From Carcharhinus amblyrhynchos (Eukaryota), in contig OZ336874.1 in assembly GCA_965287045.1 (NCBI GenBank), positions 61,008,001 to 61,072,000 of the forward strand: a DNA stretch of 64,000 nt. Reading direction: 5' to 3'. The notes under the pieces were generated by a model. That model saw only the letters and a program-made list of their open reading frames with translations, was not told the DNA's origin and did not search any database. How positions within the stretch are numbered: position 1 is the stretch's first letter; every line of letters begins with the position of its first letter. Positions 1-14,177 of this stretch are shown piece after piece. The position numbers and the translations under genes are program-made.

Positions 1-19
1 TTCCCATCTAAGGTTTAAT

Positions 20-605
20 GGTGTTATGTAGAAGAGTACAAAAGTAAGGAGGTTATGCTGGACTTATTCAAGGCATTAGCTGGAGTATTGTGTACAGTTC
101 TAGGTATCACACTACAGGAAGGATGTGAATACATTAGAGAGAATGTGGAAAACATTTACAAGAATGGTTCTAGGGATGAGAAATTTCAGTTATAAGGATG
201 GGTTAGAGAGGTTGGTACTGTTCTCCTTGAAGAGAAGGCCGAGAGGGGATTTCATAAAGATGTTCAAAATCATGCAAAACTGGACAGTCTATATGGAGAA
301 ATGGTTCCCACTCACAAAAGAACAAGAAGGACACAGATAAGTGATTTGCAAAAGAAGCAAATGTGATGTGAGAAAAACTTTTTCATACAGTGAATGGTTC
401 AGATGTGGAATGCATTGCATGTTGAGTGTGGTAGAGACAGGTTCAATAGAGGCATTCAAAACAATGGTTGTTTGAATAGAAACAATGTGCAGGGGTACTG
501 GAAAAAGGTGGGGGGTTGGCCCTAAGTCATAATACTCATTTGGAGAGTCGGTGCAGACGTGATGGGCTGAATGGCCTTCTGCACCATAACAATTCAATGA
601 TTCTG
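20..605 (+). mobile_element. Degenerate 3' fragment of a CR1 LINE (RT C-terminus + 3' UTR)
   Basis: Broken frames read EYKSKEVML, LEYCVQF, FTRMV, LFSLK, RGDFI. Ends in a CR1-type tail (gatgggctgaatggcct...caatgattct). Confidence 0.85.
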
Positions 606-961
606 AAAAATAATTACTTAACATGAAGCACAGTGTGTACAAAATATACTTGTAAGTGCACAATAGTACTTTTGTTCAACTGAAATATCTCATATTATAT
701 ACACTTGTAGTTAATGATGCCAAGTGAAAGTAAGAAAGTGCAGTTTCCCTAAACACACTTTACAAAAATGTATTTACTTTTAACATGAGTGCATTTGAGA
801 TATCACAATGTGTAGCATGATAAAAGTTTGGGAGATGCTTACTAGCTTCGAAACACTGAAGGGTTAAGAAAATCTTATCTGGGACCAAGGTATCAAACAG
901 CAGAGGTTTCTTGAGTACAGAGGTATTGTATAGTGTAATGCATACAATAATCATTGTTTTA

Positions 962-1093
962 AAAATAAAATACAGCAGATGATAGATATCTGAAATAAAA
1001 ACAGAGAGCATTGGAAATGCTTAGCAGGTCTGGCAACATTTATGGAGAGAAAGTGTTAACTTTTTGAGTCCAATATGGTTCCTCTTCAGAACG
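962..1093 (-). mobile_element. Penelope-like terminal repeat fragment
   Basis: Similar to 4231-4305 (cagcaggtctggcaacatttatggagaga). The minus strand has CTGAAGA-stem-AAAA, a decayed hammerhead-like core. Family assigned by recognition, not by search. Confidence 0.55.
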
Positions 1094-1730
1094 TATTTAT
1101 TATTCAATATTTATTGAATTTCTCTGAGTAATTAACCAAAAAATGTGGATTAAGAGGATATTGCTGCATGTCAATCAATGAGAATATTCCAGGGATTCCT
1201 ATTGGCTTTAAAATTACACTCTTGTAATACACAGTGCAGGAATGCAATTCGAAATATTTTCAGTCTGTAATTTAAAGTAAATTGTTGTTAATATCTTCAT
1301 TTAAAAGCTGACAAAGAGAATTCAAAATTCAAATATATACAGAAAAATCCATTTGTGCCCTGCATTAATTTCTCTGGAGCAAATGGCACTGAAGGTCAAT
1401 GTTTGTAAAGCATTTTTTATTGAAATCATTGACATCGAACTTCTCATCCTGGAGGAGTGAGGGGGTGGGGGGGAAGGGGGAAGAGGTGGTCATATCCCAG
1501 AGGTAGCCCAGAAGATACCCCCAGAAATCCACACACAAGGACTGCATGGCAATTGCTCAGGAAGTTTTAATTTCTGCACTTGGAACCATCTAATACTCAG
1601 ATTTATATTCAAGACTTTGGATTGTCCGACTCTCTTAGTAGAACAGCTACCTAGGAAATTTTGGAATCAGTAAAATCATTTCACCATTTCTAACTTCTAA
1701 GTGATGATATTACTGACACAACCACCCCAG

Positions 1731-1806
1731 CTCTCTCTCTCTTCTCTCCTCTCCTCTCCTCCTCCTCCTCCTCTCTCTCTCTCTCTCTCTCTCCCCCCCC
1801 CACCCC
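1731..1806. repeat. (CT)n/(CCT)n polypyrimidine microsatellite with poly-C end
   Basis: Directly visible. Confidence 0.95.
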
Positions 1807-2204
1807 AATGATTGCCACTTCATAGACATTCTTGGCTCATTGAAGAAACCCACACAGGTCACTCATGGCACTGTATTGCCATGGAGAATCAATGTAATCT
1901 GAGAAGTGTACCTAAGCAAATGAACATTTCCCCTCATAAGATATTGAGAATTTTAAACCCAGCACTTTTAAACTGGTGCTGAAATCTTTGATGTTATTGT
2001 GAACAAATAATGGGGACCTCATCAGTTGAAATTCTGATGTTTAAAATGATATGCTACAATGTTTTTCCATGTGCATAGAGAGGAATGAGCCAATACCTGC
2101 AGGGTGCATCAACTGAAAAATATGGCCCTGATGAGCTGTTTCTGCATTCCCTCTATCAACCATTCATGCTTTCCCTAACCTTCTTCCTTCATTGTTACTA
2201 AACT

Positions 2205-4667
2205 TGTGATCCAGCAGCTTGGATTAAATATCCAGGCTTATGACAGCTGGAAGAATTTAAGTTCAACAAATTAAGAAATTTGGATCAGTAATTATGATTA
2301 GGAAACTACTGAATTGACATAAATTCACTAATATCATACAGGAATTGAAATCTGCTATTCTGCCTGATGAAATAACTTGGTAAGTCATTGAACTTTATCA
2401 AACACTTAGCAAAAAGTTAAAGAAGAATAAAACTGTTGGATCACCTGGCATTAGCAAAAGCATACTCTGCTTAGAGAATCCACTAGCAATTTTTTCAGAG
2501 ATCTATCCCACAGGCTAGGAAAACTATAGCCTGACATGTACTCACTAAATAATACATCATTACTAGTGTTCCAGACAGCTCTATCACCATTCCTGGTAAT
2601 GTCTTGTCTTACCGATAGAACAAATTCACCAGAGATGACAACACAGTGGTATACAGTTGTAAGCGAGTAGCCCTTGCACTCCTCAACCTTTGAGTCTGGG
2701 TCTCATGAAGTCACATGGCATCAGGTCAAAAAGGGAAATCACTTGCTGATTATCAATTACTAACTCCACCTTCCTCCCTCAGCTAATGAGCTTGTACGCC
2801 TCTATGTTAACATCACTTAGAAGATGCAGTGAGAGTAGTAAGGGAACAAAATGTACGCAAGGACCTAAATTTCTATGTCCATCACCAAGAGTAGCTCGGT
2901 GGAGTCCTGATGGACCTATCAGCATGACTGGACTTGCAGCAAGTGGTGAGAGAGTCAACACGAGGAAAAAACCTACTTGATCTCATTCTCACTTACAACT
3001 ATTGACCAAGTCCTATCTTCACATTGAGGAAACCATACATCTTGTGTGCCTATACCACTGTGCTAAAAGGGAAATATTCAGAACAGATTTAGCAGCTCAA
3101 AAATGGGCTTTCATGAAGCAATGTGGACTACCAACAGTAGCAGAATTGTATTCTGCAAACTCATAGCCTAACACATCCCTCACTCTACTACTGCCATCAA
3201 ACAAATGGACCAACCCTGGTTCAGTGAAGAACGTAGGAAAGCATGTGAAGTACTGCACCAGATAACAGGCATACCTAAAAATATGCTGCCAAGAACTGAA
3301 GCTACAACATAGATTTGTGTGCATGCCAGTTAGCTCACTTTAGACAGAATTAAGCAAATCCACTACCCACAGATCAAGTTAAAGCTCTACAGTCCTGCCA
3401 CATCAGCTGTGAATGGTGTGGCCAATTAAACAATTAACTGGAGGAGGAGGTGCTACAAATATTCTCAATGATGCTGGTGCCTAGCATATCAGTGCAAAAA
3501 TTGAAGCAGAATCATTTGCAACCACTTTGAGCAGAAGTAGCAAATTCATCTGGGCCTTTTCTTAAGATCCCCAGCATCATAGATACCAGCATTGAACCAA
3601 TTCTATTCACACCACGTGATGTCAAAAAATGACTGCAGGCACAAGATACAACAAAGGCTATTGGCCCTGGCAGCATTGTAGATATAGTACTGCAGACTTG
3701 TGGTCCAGAAATAGCTTTGCCCCTAATCAAGCTGTTTTAGCACAGCCATAGCACAGGCATTTACCTGGCCATGTGGAAAGTTGCCTAGGCTAGATTGAAG
3801 AAGCTGGAGCTATTCTCCTTGGAGAAGTAAGGATTATGAGGTGATTTTTAATCATTAAAGTGATGGGAGGGATCATTGGATTGCTATGATGTGGCACTTA
3901 CTCAACAATAATCTACATATTGATACTCAGTTTGGGCCCTGCAGGCCCACTCAGCTCCTGTCTTTATTACAGCCTTGATTCAAACATGAACGAAAGAGTG
4001 GAACTCTAAAGGTGAAGTGAGGTGGATTGCTTTGATAGCGACATAGTATTTGACTGTGTTACTGTATCAATCAGCCTTAATAAAAAGCCAATTGAAATAA
4101 TATATAGCATATATTATTTCAATCGTATATAGCAGACAGGAAATGGTTGAAGTTGTTGAGTCCAATAATCTCAGTCCAAGGACATTGTTTCAAGTGTTCC
4201 TCTGGGTAGTGTCACAGCCCTAACCATCTTCAGCAGGCCTGACAGGATCTGTGGAGAGAAAATAGAGCAAATGTTCTGAGTCAGGATGACACATTATCAG
4301 AGCTGTGACAGAGTGCCCAACCATCTCCTCTTGATGTTCATTGGTATGTCCATTGCTGAATCCAGTAACATCAATATCCTGTGATTGCCATTGACCAGAA
4401 AATTACTGAACCAGTCAGAAGAACAGATTAGAGTCTGTGAATTCTGTAGTGAGTAACTCACCTCCTGACTTCCCAAAGCTTGCTTACCATCTGCAAGGCA
4501 CTAGTCAGGTGCAAGGTGGGATACTCAACACTGAGCTGGAGGAATGCAGCTCCAGTAATACAGTTCAAGAAGGCAGTTCACTATCACCTTCTCAAGGACG
4601 ATTATGGATGGGCAACAAATGCTGGCCTAGCCAAGAATACTCGCACCCGATGAACAAATAAAATAAA
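2205..4667 (+). mobile_element. Degenerate L2/CR1-group LINE (APE+RT remnants, A-rich tail)
   Basis: APE remnants (VPDSSITIPG, LDLILT-like) and RT remnants (KAIGPGSI, QFG, SVPLGSV). Tail is gatgggcaacaaatgctggcctagcc...aaataaaataaa. Collinear with the minus-strand copy at 37780-42712. Confidence 0.75.
4231..4305 (-). mobile_element. Short Penelope-like terminal fragment nested in the LINE
   Basis: Interrupts the RT region and resembles 962-1093. Confidence 0.5.
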
Positions 4668-4679
4668 GCCCCATCACTC

Positions 4680-6480
4680 ACTGATCATCAGTCTCTGTTA
4701 AGCACGACTCATACCCAACAATTATATGCTCCACCTCACCCTCACACACTGAGCATTGATAGAAGTCTCACATCCACATTTCATAGCTTGCACACATTGC
4801 CAGACATTTAAACACAACAGCCACATCGACAAAAATTATTGCATAGTACTCACAGGCACACTTCTCTTTCTTGTAGGTCAAAATGCTGCAAAACCAACAT
4901 CAACAGTTGCTAATCAGATGGAGACAGATACACCCACATATCCTGATCTGCATGGATGAGCCATTATTGGAATGCTATTACTAAGATTGTAGCCAGTGGA
5001 AGAACAAAACCTATTTAAGATGATGACATCCTCATGCATAATTTTCCTTCTTACATCCCACCTCTGCCTCAACTCACACTCCTCTCTCTATCAGCTGCAG
5101 ATGATGTAAGGATGCACCTGTTACGTTGTGTCTTTAAGACAGAGATGGGTTCTTGTTTAATCAGGGGATCAGGGGTATGGGGAAAAGGCAGGAGAATGGG
5201 AATGAGAAAAAAACAGCCATGATTGAATGGCAGAGCAAACTCGATGGGCTGAGTGGCCTAATTCTGCTATTGTATCTTATGGTCTTTCCCTGCACTACAG
5301 CCTTACCTTTCTGCCTTCTACATACCAGATACCCAAGAAATGAAACTTAGTCAGGCAGTGCAGGAACAGCAAAGAGAGAGATGATTATGGCGCAGCACTA
5401 ACTTGTGATTTTAAAGTCAATACCACCACAGCTGGTGGTATTGAGTTTAAAAATTTAGATACTAAAATTTAGAAGATCTGACTGGTGAGAGATTGGGAAT
5501 GTGAGGTTTTTAGCTAGGACTTTGGCAAATTTAGCATCGATGTCAACTTGCTGGAAGAAGAGATCACACGAGTTCTGCTGTGGCCGATTCTAGATAGCAC
5601 TTTGGGACAGTATATAAGCTTAGGCTGATGGGCAAGTACAAATGAATTGCTTTGTGCATTGGAAAGCCTGTCATCAGTGTGAAGGAAAATGAGGGAGTCC
5701 AACATCAACTTGGCAGAAGACTTCTTGCGGAGTTGGAGCCCGTCGTTTCAAACGCAAAATGTCAGATAAATCTATAAGCACACTAGTGAATCCAGCCATG
5801 ATGCAACATCTAAAGGATGTGTTTTGGCTCCCATTGCAGCTCAAACAGCTTCCACCAAAGGTTTAAGTGCAACAGCAGAAACTTAAACTGAAGTCATGCA
5901 GGGCCAACTTGCTGCCATGCAAAATTATGCCTTTGCCATTGTGGCTGTGGATAGTAGTGTTCAAAGGGCTTGCATGATGTCGCGGCAGTCTCACAATCTG
6001 TCATTAACCTGATTATTTTGATTGCTGAGGAGCCAGCAGAGGAGAATGACAGTGGCCCCATAGATCACAAACCTGTTATCGTCTCAGAGTGATAGCATTT
6101 GTCTTGCAAACATTGTCACTTCACCATTGTTCTTGCTGTGGCCTACTGTTAGCTACCTCAGATTGCTGTCACCCATATCAAAATTGTGCAGACTGCAGCT
6201 AGGTCTTCTGAGCCCAAAGTTGCCTGAGCTTGTCTTTCAAGCGATCTGTTGTCTCCTTCACTGAATGTCAGCAGTTTTCCATCAGTCCCCCAATGCTGCA
6301 GGCAGAGGATTGGCACTTAGTAGGGGCATGAGGACAGGCAAACACACATAGACACACAGGAATGGACAGTTGTGTTTGGTTGACTTTTGTGTGTGGCATA
6401 GATGATCTCAATCATAGGTCCTGTTTGGAATGTTTATTTTGTGATAGCTTTCATTTCTACAATATAACAAAACTGATGCT
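4680..6480 (+). mobile_element. Probable PIF/Harbinger Myb/SANT-gene remnant
   Basis: CA-rich intron-like block shared with 11600-11790 (ctcaccctcacaca), then an acceptor-like ttctctttcttgtag. Converges on a HARBI1-like transposase. Confidence 0.45.
5128..5287 (+). mobile_element. CR1 3' end fragment
   Basis: Reads VFKTEM...GIRG, followed by the tail cagccatgattgaatggcagagcaaactcgatgggctg...tcttatggtctt. Confidence 0.85.
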
Positions 6481-6499
6481 CTAACAGTCAGTAACAAAG

Positions 6500-7330
6500 G
6501 AGCATAAGGTATGTTGGTGAATGGGCAATTAGGGTTTTGGTTTCAGTTTCTTGTATTGCACCCAGATGAGTTTTCTTTGATGGCCTAGTTTCCTCTGGCT
6601 CCTCCTCATGCTTCTGTTTGTAACAGGTAGTGATAAAGGCTGAGCCCATATGGTTGTGTGATTGTACAGCATGCAGCAGACCACCATGAATCTTAATGCC
6701 TAATCTGCTAACTCCAGACAACAAAATTGTTATTTAAACATGCAGTTGCCTGCTTTATCACATTTTGTGTAACAACATGTCTTTCATTGCATTTATGTTG
6801 TCTACGCGTGCATGGGTTGTGCACTGGCCTGATCAAGATATGATTTTCTATGGTAGTTCAAAAATAGCTGGCAGAATGAACTACTGGAAAATGATGGCAT
6901 TGTGACTGCTACTAGCATACTGGGCATTGACCCGCATGATTCTCTGCTTATGCTCAGATGCCAGTTGGACCTTTGAGGGAGTGGAATCTTTTTAGTTATG
7001 GTTTAGGGCATGGTTGACATGTGGCACTTGCAAGGTGATTTATATTTCAATTAATGCATCCAGCACCATAGAAGCCTACATTTATAATGAAGCTGCTCAA
7101 CTGCTCTGCATGCTTCTCTCTAGCAAGAGAGAATTAAATGGAGTTAGCCATCAAAGAAGGTGCCAACCACTTAAAATTTATTGTCACTGGAAATGCTGTC
7201 CTTTCCACGTTCTAAGATTGTGGTTGTGACTGCAATAGATGGCAAATTTCAGTGAAGGTATCTTTACTGAAGCTCAGACATTGTACACATATTTCCTCAC
7301 TGAGTTCCAAGTTAGAAAATTTCTCTCTGA
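6500..7330 (-). pseudogene. HARBI1-like PIF/Harbinger DDE transposase remnant
   Basis: Minus-strand pieces read KRFHSL, VQLASEHKQRIMRVNAQYASSSHNAIIFQ, TQNVIKQA and MVVCCMLYN. These match the HARBI1 motifs KGFHSLNVQ, PGSxHD, TRxxIEQ and CCxLHN. Many stops and frameshifts. Confidence 0.75.
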
Positions 7331-7790
7331 ACACACCAAATAGGGATGGTCTTCTATTGAGAATCTACTCCCCCTCAATTCCCTCCCTTTCCAGCAGCTT
7401 GTCTGGCTTTGCATGGCCTCTCTTTACTTTTCCAAGTCATGCTGTAGTTCAAGGGAACAACTGGATTGCATTTTTAAACAGTTCTAGATTCTCGCACAAA
7501 AGGAAACAACTGTCTGGACCAATGACACTTTGGGAGTGCAAATCTTTGGGTGATTGAAGTTTTTAATGCCACATTTGATTTCCTGACCTTCCAGATTAAT
7601 CTATGTGTCTTGTTACATCTAATTAATTCAGTGCAATTTCTGGTATTTTGGCTGAGAACATTTGGAACATGAGCTTGGATACACATTTTGAGGTGATCTT
7701 TTTTCCCCGGTAGGGAAATTTGGATTTGCGAAAATTAGAGCAGACTGTCTAAAGTATTTCTAAAAAGTTGGTTAGTTTAACTGATATGTC

Positions 7791-8482
7791 GGGCAGGATT
7801 TTCCTATGAGCATTAGGGGCCCTGGTGTCAGGACAAAATGGGTGTTCCAACTCTGTAACTAACAGGAGCTAGACCAAGAGAGCCAGTTTCCTCAAAGTTT
7901 GCCTCCTAATTGGTTGCTTCCAGGTTCACTATCCAGTTAAAGACAGTGAGTTGGCTGCTGTTGCCACTGACCCTGAGAGCCAACAGTTTTAAGACCTTAT
8001 TACCTCAATGAGACAGGTGGAGCTAAGCCTAGAATAGGATCTCAAAACGGAAGGACCCTTAGACGAGTAAAAGTAATTAATTTTTTTTAGCGGCACAAGG
8101 CTCCTCCGATTGTAAGGGAAACATTCCTGGCAGCAGCATTTGAACTGTGGGTTGCAACCTTGGATGCCAGCAGCTCCCTTTTAGGGGAATGAAGCATCTC
8201 GGCCCAATGGATTGCCACATGGAGGCTGCCTCCATCATGTTGGTGTCCTCTGCATGTTGCAGGAAGGCACTCTACCACTGGCAAGACACTGGTGAGCACT
8301 CTAAATAGCCCTTACTGGAGCCTTAAACATGCAGGTTGGCTGCACCAGTTGCCTTGCATTTCTGCCTGCCTGGGGAAACACACCTCACAGGTAGAAATGC
8401 ATTGGGGAGCTGTCGTGGTGTTACTCCCTGCCATTTTACCTGCATCTATACCCAGTACCACAGGGCTGGGAAAATTCTGCAC
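7791..8482. mobile_element. MITE-like non-autonomous DNA transposon (Harbinger-type TIRs)
   Basis: Left end gggcaggattttcc (7791-7804) matches the reverse complement of the right end ggaaaattctgcac (8469-8482) at 12/14. No clear TSD. Confidence 0.6.
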
Positions 8483-8686
8483 TTCACTTTCTTGCTCATA
8501 TTTGGGAATGTGCTCATGTAGCTTTATGTCTTAGAGTGTCTCATGCAGAGGACAGTTTTGGGACCAGATTTTAATTTAGTTTTACTGAGCACCCAGCAAT
8601 CTAAGATTAAATGATCTGCATGACTTGATTTACTTCCTTTACCTTTTCCCTTGCACTGGAGAACTAGTAGAGTCACCAGGCATTCT

Positions 8687-8838
8687 CATAAGAACATAAG
8701 AACATAAGAAATAGGAGCAGGAGTAGGCCATCTAGCCCTTCGAGCCTGCCCCGCCATTCAATAAGATCATGGCTGATCTGTCATGGCTCAGTTCCACATT
8801 CCCGCCCTCTCCCCATAACCTTTAATCCCCTCTCTTGT
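8687..8838 (-). mobile_element. Young 5'-truncated CR1 (family B, (TTCTTATG)n tail)
   Basis: Near-identical to the 3' ends at 38300-38450 and 55725-55870. Confidence 0.95.
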
Positions 8839-11339
8839 TAGCTGAAGCTGTGGATTTGTATTTTTATAAATTGTTACAGAGTTCCATAAATTCCTGGTTG
8901 ATCACCTTGGGGTTAAATGTTATGACATCATTATTGGTGTGCAGTGATGGGTTATTCTGCCGGCAGATTGACGCCTTGGGCCATAAGATTTTGCCTTGTT
9001 TATAGTAATGTGACCATATGAAACACATCAGTTTCTCTTTAACTTTCATGAGAGAATCTTGTAATCTCTTGGTCTGGCCTATGTGAGGTCTCATTTACTT
9101 TTTCCACAGAATTACACAAAATTGCTAAATAGGATCAGGCAGCATGCCCCAACTGGTTTGTGCTGATTTGATTTGTCAAAAGCAGCAGTCTAAAGAGCAG
9201 TGGAGTCCTGCTCTCTGAGGATATGGGCTTCTTCTTTCTTACTTGTCACCATTGCAGCCAGAAGAAAAACATGTCTTATGATGTTTACCCTATAACAAAC
9301 CATACAAATCTATTGCACTGCAAAATTTTCAAGATGTTTGACTATGTCAATTTTGGGCTCCTGAAGGAATTCAAAGATTCAGTTCCCTGCAGCTGATTGG
9401 TGCAGCCTGAAGCTCACCAGATAGTGGGGCTTATTATAAAATGAGTTGCATGATGGCACTATTATGTTTAGGCTTCATTCTGTGGAGTGTAAAAAAGATC
9501 ATGAGGTAAGTCTGTAGTACTTAACATGTGAGCACTTCATTTTAGATGTTCATGGTAAGTCCTAGACTGATTCCCTACCCTGTGGTCGCCTGACACACAC
9601 TCTTAAAGGGGCATTATGCACTGAACCTACATATAGAACATCCCTCCTCTTTCGTCTCTCATATTAAACATCTGTTCACCATGGATACTCCTACCTCCTG
9701 AACAGGGAAAGCGGTAATTCTGGGTGATTGCTTCTACTTGTCCTCCCTCTCACCACTTGGCTCCAAATCAGAACATTCTGTGTAGCATTCTGCACCTGAC
9801 AATTGACACCAGTACCTTGTCTTCTTGGGAGAAGTACGTAATCTTCAGGTTCCAGTTGGTACATCTTTATCCCCAGGTATTGGCAGCTTTGACAGGACAT
9901 CTTTCACTTCCACTACACAGGGTCCAGTCTGCGAAGATGTATCTCAATTTTCCACTGATCTTCACAACAGAACCCTATTGCCTGCTTGACCCCTTGCTCC
10001 AAGTCAGTAAAATAGCCATTGTGGGGTGAAAACTTGGCGTTGACCACTAGAGCAAGTTTGACATGTTGTACCTGGAAAGAGGATCAACTTATACACGTAG
10101 TATCTGCAAAAATGTGATTTTTAGGGCCAAAAAAATTAGGTTTTGTTATATGCTGGGCCAGTTTATAGGTGTGATCTATGGTAACTAATTTAGTTTCCAA
10201 AATGAAAAAAAATTACATAAAATAACAAAAATACGCTATTCAAAGCTGCTCTGTTTTTGTTGCTAACCTTCCTCCCGTGTTTTTAAATTATGCCTTGATT
10301 TAATACAAAATTTACATTTTGGCATAAAAAACACAGAAATACCAGCAAAATGAGGAAACATCTTTTCCAAATTAAGAGCTGAAGACAAGGTCAAGGTTCT
10401 AGCTTGTCATAGCCTGTGGCTGCTGTCAAATATAATTTAATGCCTGGTGCATTGTTGGCTGACCTAGGGTTTCTTAAATAGAGGTGCGAGCCACTTGCAC
10501 CATTATAATGCCTGGAGTTCATTCATTTTCCAAAGGCATTTCATAATAATGTTCAATGAAGGAGAGAAACATGAACTTGGTAATAAAGAATGAATGTCAA
10601 GTAGTGTCAAGATCCCTTTATTCATAAAATTGATATTTCTTTGTGCAACTGTATTATTCTCTTTTCAGCTGCAATAGTCTCCGTTTGTCTGTGATGTTCA
10701 AAGGAGTATATGTTACACCAAATACTGCCTGAAGTGTTTTCAATGTTTTTGTATTTGTTTCTAATGATTAGTGCTTATTTAAGCTAATAATAAGTGCAGA
10801 GAGAAGCTCTTGTTTGCTTGACAAGTAAATATTCTCTTAGTCAGGTGTGTCACAAAGAATAAATGGTTGAAACTAGGAATCATTAAAATGAACCAATCAT
10901 CCCGACATACCTTGTTAAAAGCTGTCAAAAATACTCAGAATCCCATGATCCCAGTTACCTTGCTTTGCCAAAGATTGTGACCCCATGCTACCTTCTTGAT
11001 GCTTAATTTCTTTACCCACTGATATATTGTTTGTTAGTTTGAGATAAGGATAAAATATTACTGAGCTAAATTGGATATCTATCAAAATCGGGTATGTGGA
11101 ACGTCATGTGCAATAGTTAACCTGTGTCTACTAATTTTGTGCTACCTGCTAATTTGGATGAATTGCAACATTGAGTTAGCACTATACACAATGGTTATGT
11201 TCCTCATCAAGGAATCCATGCAAGTCTTGCATACTTAAAGATAACCTGCGTTACTTAAAACTAGCCTGTACCTCTTAATGAAGAGGTGCATTCCAGCTGG
11301 AGTAGATGCTGGAACTGGATGTGGAAAAGGGTTTGTGCA

Positions 11340-11790
11340 GGAAGAAGAGTCAGTTATGCAGAAGGGGTGAGCTTGTAGGTCTTCTGATGGTGCACTGGAC
11401 ACCTTGGTGGAAGAACGGGTGCAGTGGTAATGATGTCTACCTGATCAACTTTGATGGCAGTGGATCTAGATGCCCATTGACAGCCAATATCAGAATCCAG
11501 CCACAAGGACTTGGATGTGGTGTCACAAAGAATTCAATGATTTCACACAAAGTGGCTAAGCTCAACTAATGTATTTTCAGATATCATATCCCACAAACCA
11601 TATCATCAGACTCGTAGACTGCTCTATGCACCACAGCTCCTGATTCACCTGCAACAAGTTTGTACCAATCATGTCTCATATCTAACTTCCATAGCTTCAC
11701 CTCACCCTCACACATCTAACACTGCAACAAGCCTCACACCAACATCTTGCAGCTTGCGTACACTACCAGCAACTTAACTTATAACAGCTG
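11340..11790 (+). mobile_element. Harbinger Myb/SANT-like remnant
   Basis: Reads SDGALDTLVEE and CHKEFNDFTQ (cf. FSD..L..LVE / CRKKFNDL), followed by a CA-rich block. Confidence 0.5.
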
Positions 11791-13377
11791 GAAGCTTGCA
11801 CCTAAAGCCTCCAGCTGACAGTCCATCAGCCCCCACTTACCTTACTCTGTGTTGTCTCTGCTCATTCTGTTACACTACAATCCAAAGGAGCTACAGTACT
11901 GGATTTACGTGAGAGAGCAACTGGTTTGTGCAGGATCATTAAAGTCATCACAATGGTCTTCTGCAGATGCAACATCAATTCTTGTGGCTATTATTAACTT
12001 TGAAGAACTCTAGAAATTACCAAATACTACATGATCGTAGCAACAGCTAGTAGAAATCAATCAGCAAATAAACTGAAAGTTGTTGATAATCCCTTCAATT
12101 CTTTCCTGATATTGAACACATGTTCAGGTGTGTGTGCTTAAGACTGAGCCACACTGGCACATTGAACCCAGTAATTGTAGAGGTGATGTCAAATCGGCAT
12201 TACCTGCTCACTGATGTAACAATCTATTTCCTTATCATAATTTCAATGGACACTTTCTGTGGACACACTTAACATCTTCAGTACAATGGAGCTTGCATTA
12301 GAAATGTTTGTTTGGACCACGTAAGCCATTAGAAAGCCAAGACGCTAAGGATCTGATATGAATGAATTAAACTTTAATAGTGTATATAAACCTCATTCAT
12401 ATAAGAACAGAAATAATTTTGTTGGATCTCATTGCAGAATTTAGCATTAATCAAGAAAAAAATTATACATTATAAGGCTCACTATTGGTGTATCTGTCAG
12501 TTTGCATTTCGCATATGTACTTCAATGTTTCTAATTTTAAGGGTAGTGTCTTAGTTTCTAAGTTCCTAATTGGGATGCCAGTATTTTCCTTTCAGAACTG
12601 TGCGTGGTGTTTTTTTCCTATTACCTGGTCTTATATGACGAGTTGCTTTTAGAATTATATTGTATATGATTTCTTTTCTTCAAGAATTGTATGTTGACTT
12701 TTACCATTATGTAACTGTGAGGCTTCGATGTTTTTTTAAATGTGTAGCACTAACTAAATATACTAAAAAGAGATATTGAAAATGGAGAAAATAAGCATCC
12801 ATGCCTGTAAAACTTAAGAATTTGCTTCCAATTTTTTCTTGAAATGCAAGTTTTCTCTTGTAACTTTGAATGGATTTATGCACGTCTGATTTTATAATTC
12901 TATTTTGTTTTTTGTAATATTGCATTGTTACAAAACACTTTACTTGGGATTATTAAATTCAGTTTTGCCTTCAGTTGCACAAATTGATCGCTTGATTTTG
13001 AAATACAGAGAAAGCGCATTCCTCTAAACCCACATTTCCCAAACTATGATACAAAACCCCCTGGATGTAGACAAGATATAAATGGGAGAAAATTTATGTA
13101 ACGATGGCACATCTTGCATGAACTTTCTGGTCATGCTCACGCTCTCCCTTGACTAGCTTCTAGACTCCAAGCTATACCCTGATGTATTCTTTAGCGTCCA
13201 TTACACTTTGCTCTTATACAGACACAGAATTGGATGACAAATCTCTTTAAGTTGTCTCATTTGAATGGCAGCAAGAATTCAATAATCATTCTTGCTTGTG
13301 CTGTCATAGAATATATAGTACAGAAAAAATTCTTCGGTCCATCATGTCTGCACTGTTCTATTGAAAGTGATCTGCAA

Positions 13378-13695
13378 TGGGTGGCTTGGTGGTACAATAG
13401 TTAGTTGTCTCATTGCCCCAGGGACCCCAGTTCAATTCTGGCCTTGGGTCACGGTCTGTGAGGAGTTTGCATATTTTCCCCATGTTTTTGTGTGTTTCGT
13501 CCAGGTGCATTGGTTTCCTCCCATATTGCAAAGATATGCAGATTAGGTTGACTGGCCATGCTAATTTGCCCCTTAGTATCAAGGGATTAGTAGGGTAAAT
13601 ATGTGGTTTTACAGGGATAAGGTCTGGGTGGGATTGTAGTCAGTGCAGGCTTGATGGGTCAAATGACCACCTTCTGCACTGTAGGGATTCTATGT
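13378..13695 (+). mobile_element. HE1-like tRNA-derived V-SINE with CR1 tail
   Basis: A/B-box-like head (cagttcaattc), V-domain (gagtttgcatatt...ggtttcctccc) and tail ctgcactgtagggattctatg. Confidence 0.85.
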
Positions 13696-14177
13696 TTTAA
13701 TTATCCAATAAAAGTTTGTTTCCTGAAGGAATAGTAATTTTCCATTCCCTTTATTCCTAAATTATACAGGAAAAGAATAGGGACTTGTTTAATTTGGGCA
13801 TGACATCAAGTCAAGATTTATGTTGCAAACTTTTAAAAGTAAATTACAACGGCTGTAAATGTCAATAATAATCATAGTGCAACATTTGCAACCTTGGAGC
13901 ACCGAAATATAGGCCCTTTCATTAAAAGATAAAATTATTTTGTTTTTTTCACTGAACCCTTATCCATACAAATTAGCATGTAGATTTACTTTGAAGAGCA
14001 AATGCTTTATTAATGCACAAGCAATGCTTAAAGGAGGGAGGACTTGTCAAGTCCTAAACAGTGTCACAGAACAATAATATTGTTTGATGCAGTGGAATCT
14101 CAGTTTTAAACTAACTGGGCCAAGGAATGTTCTGATAATTGATTGATTACTCTAAAACAAGTACAGATCAATAAATA

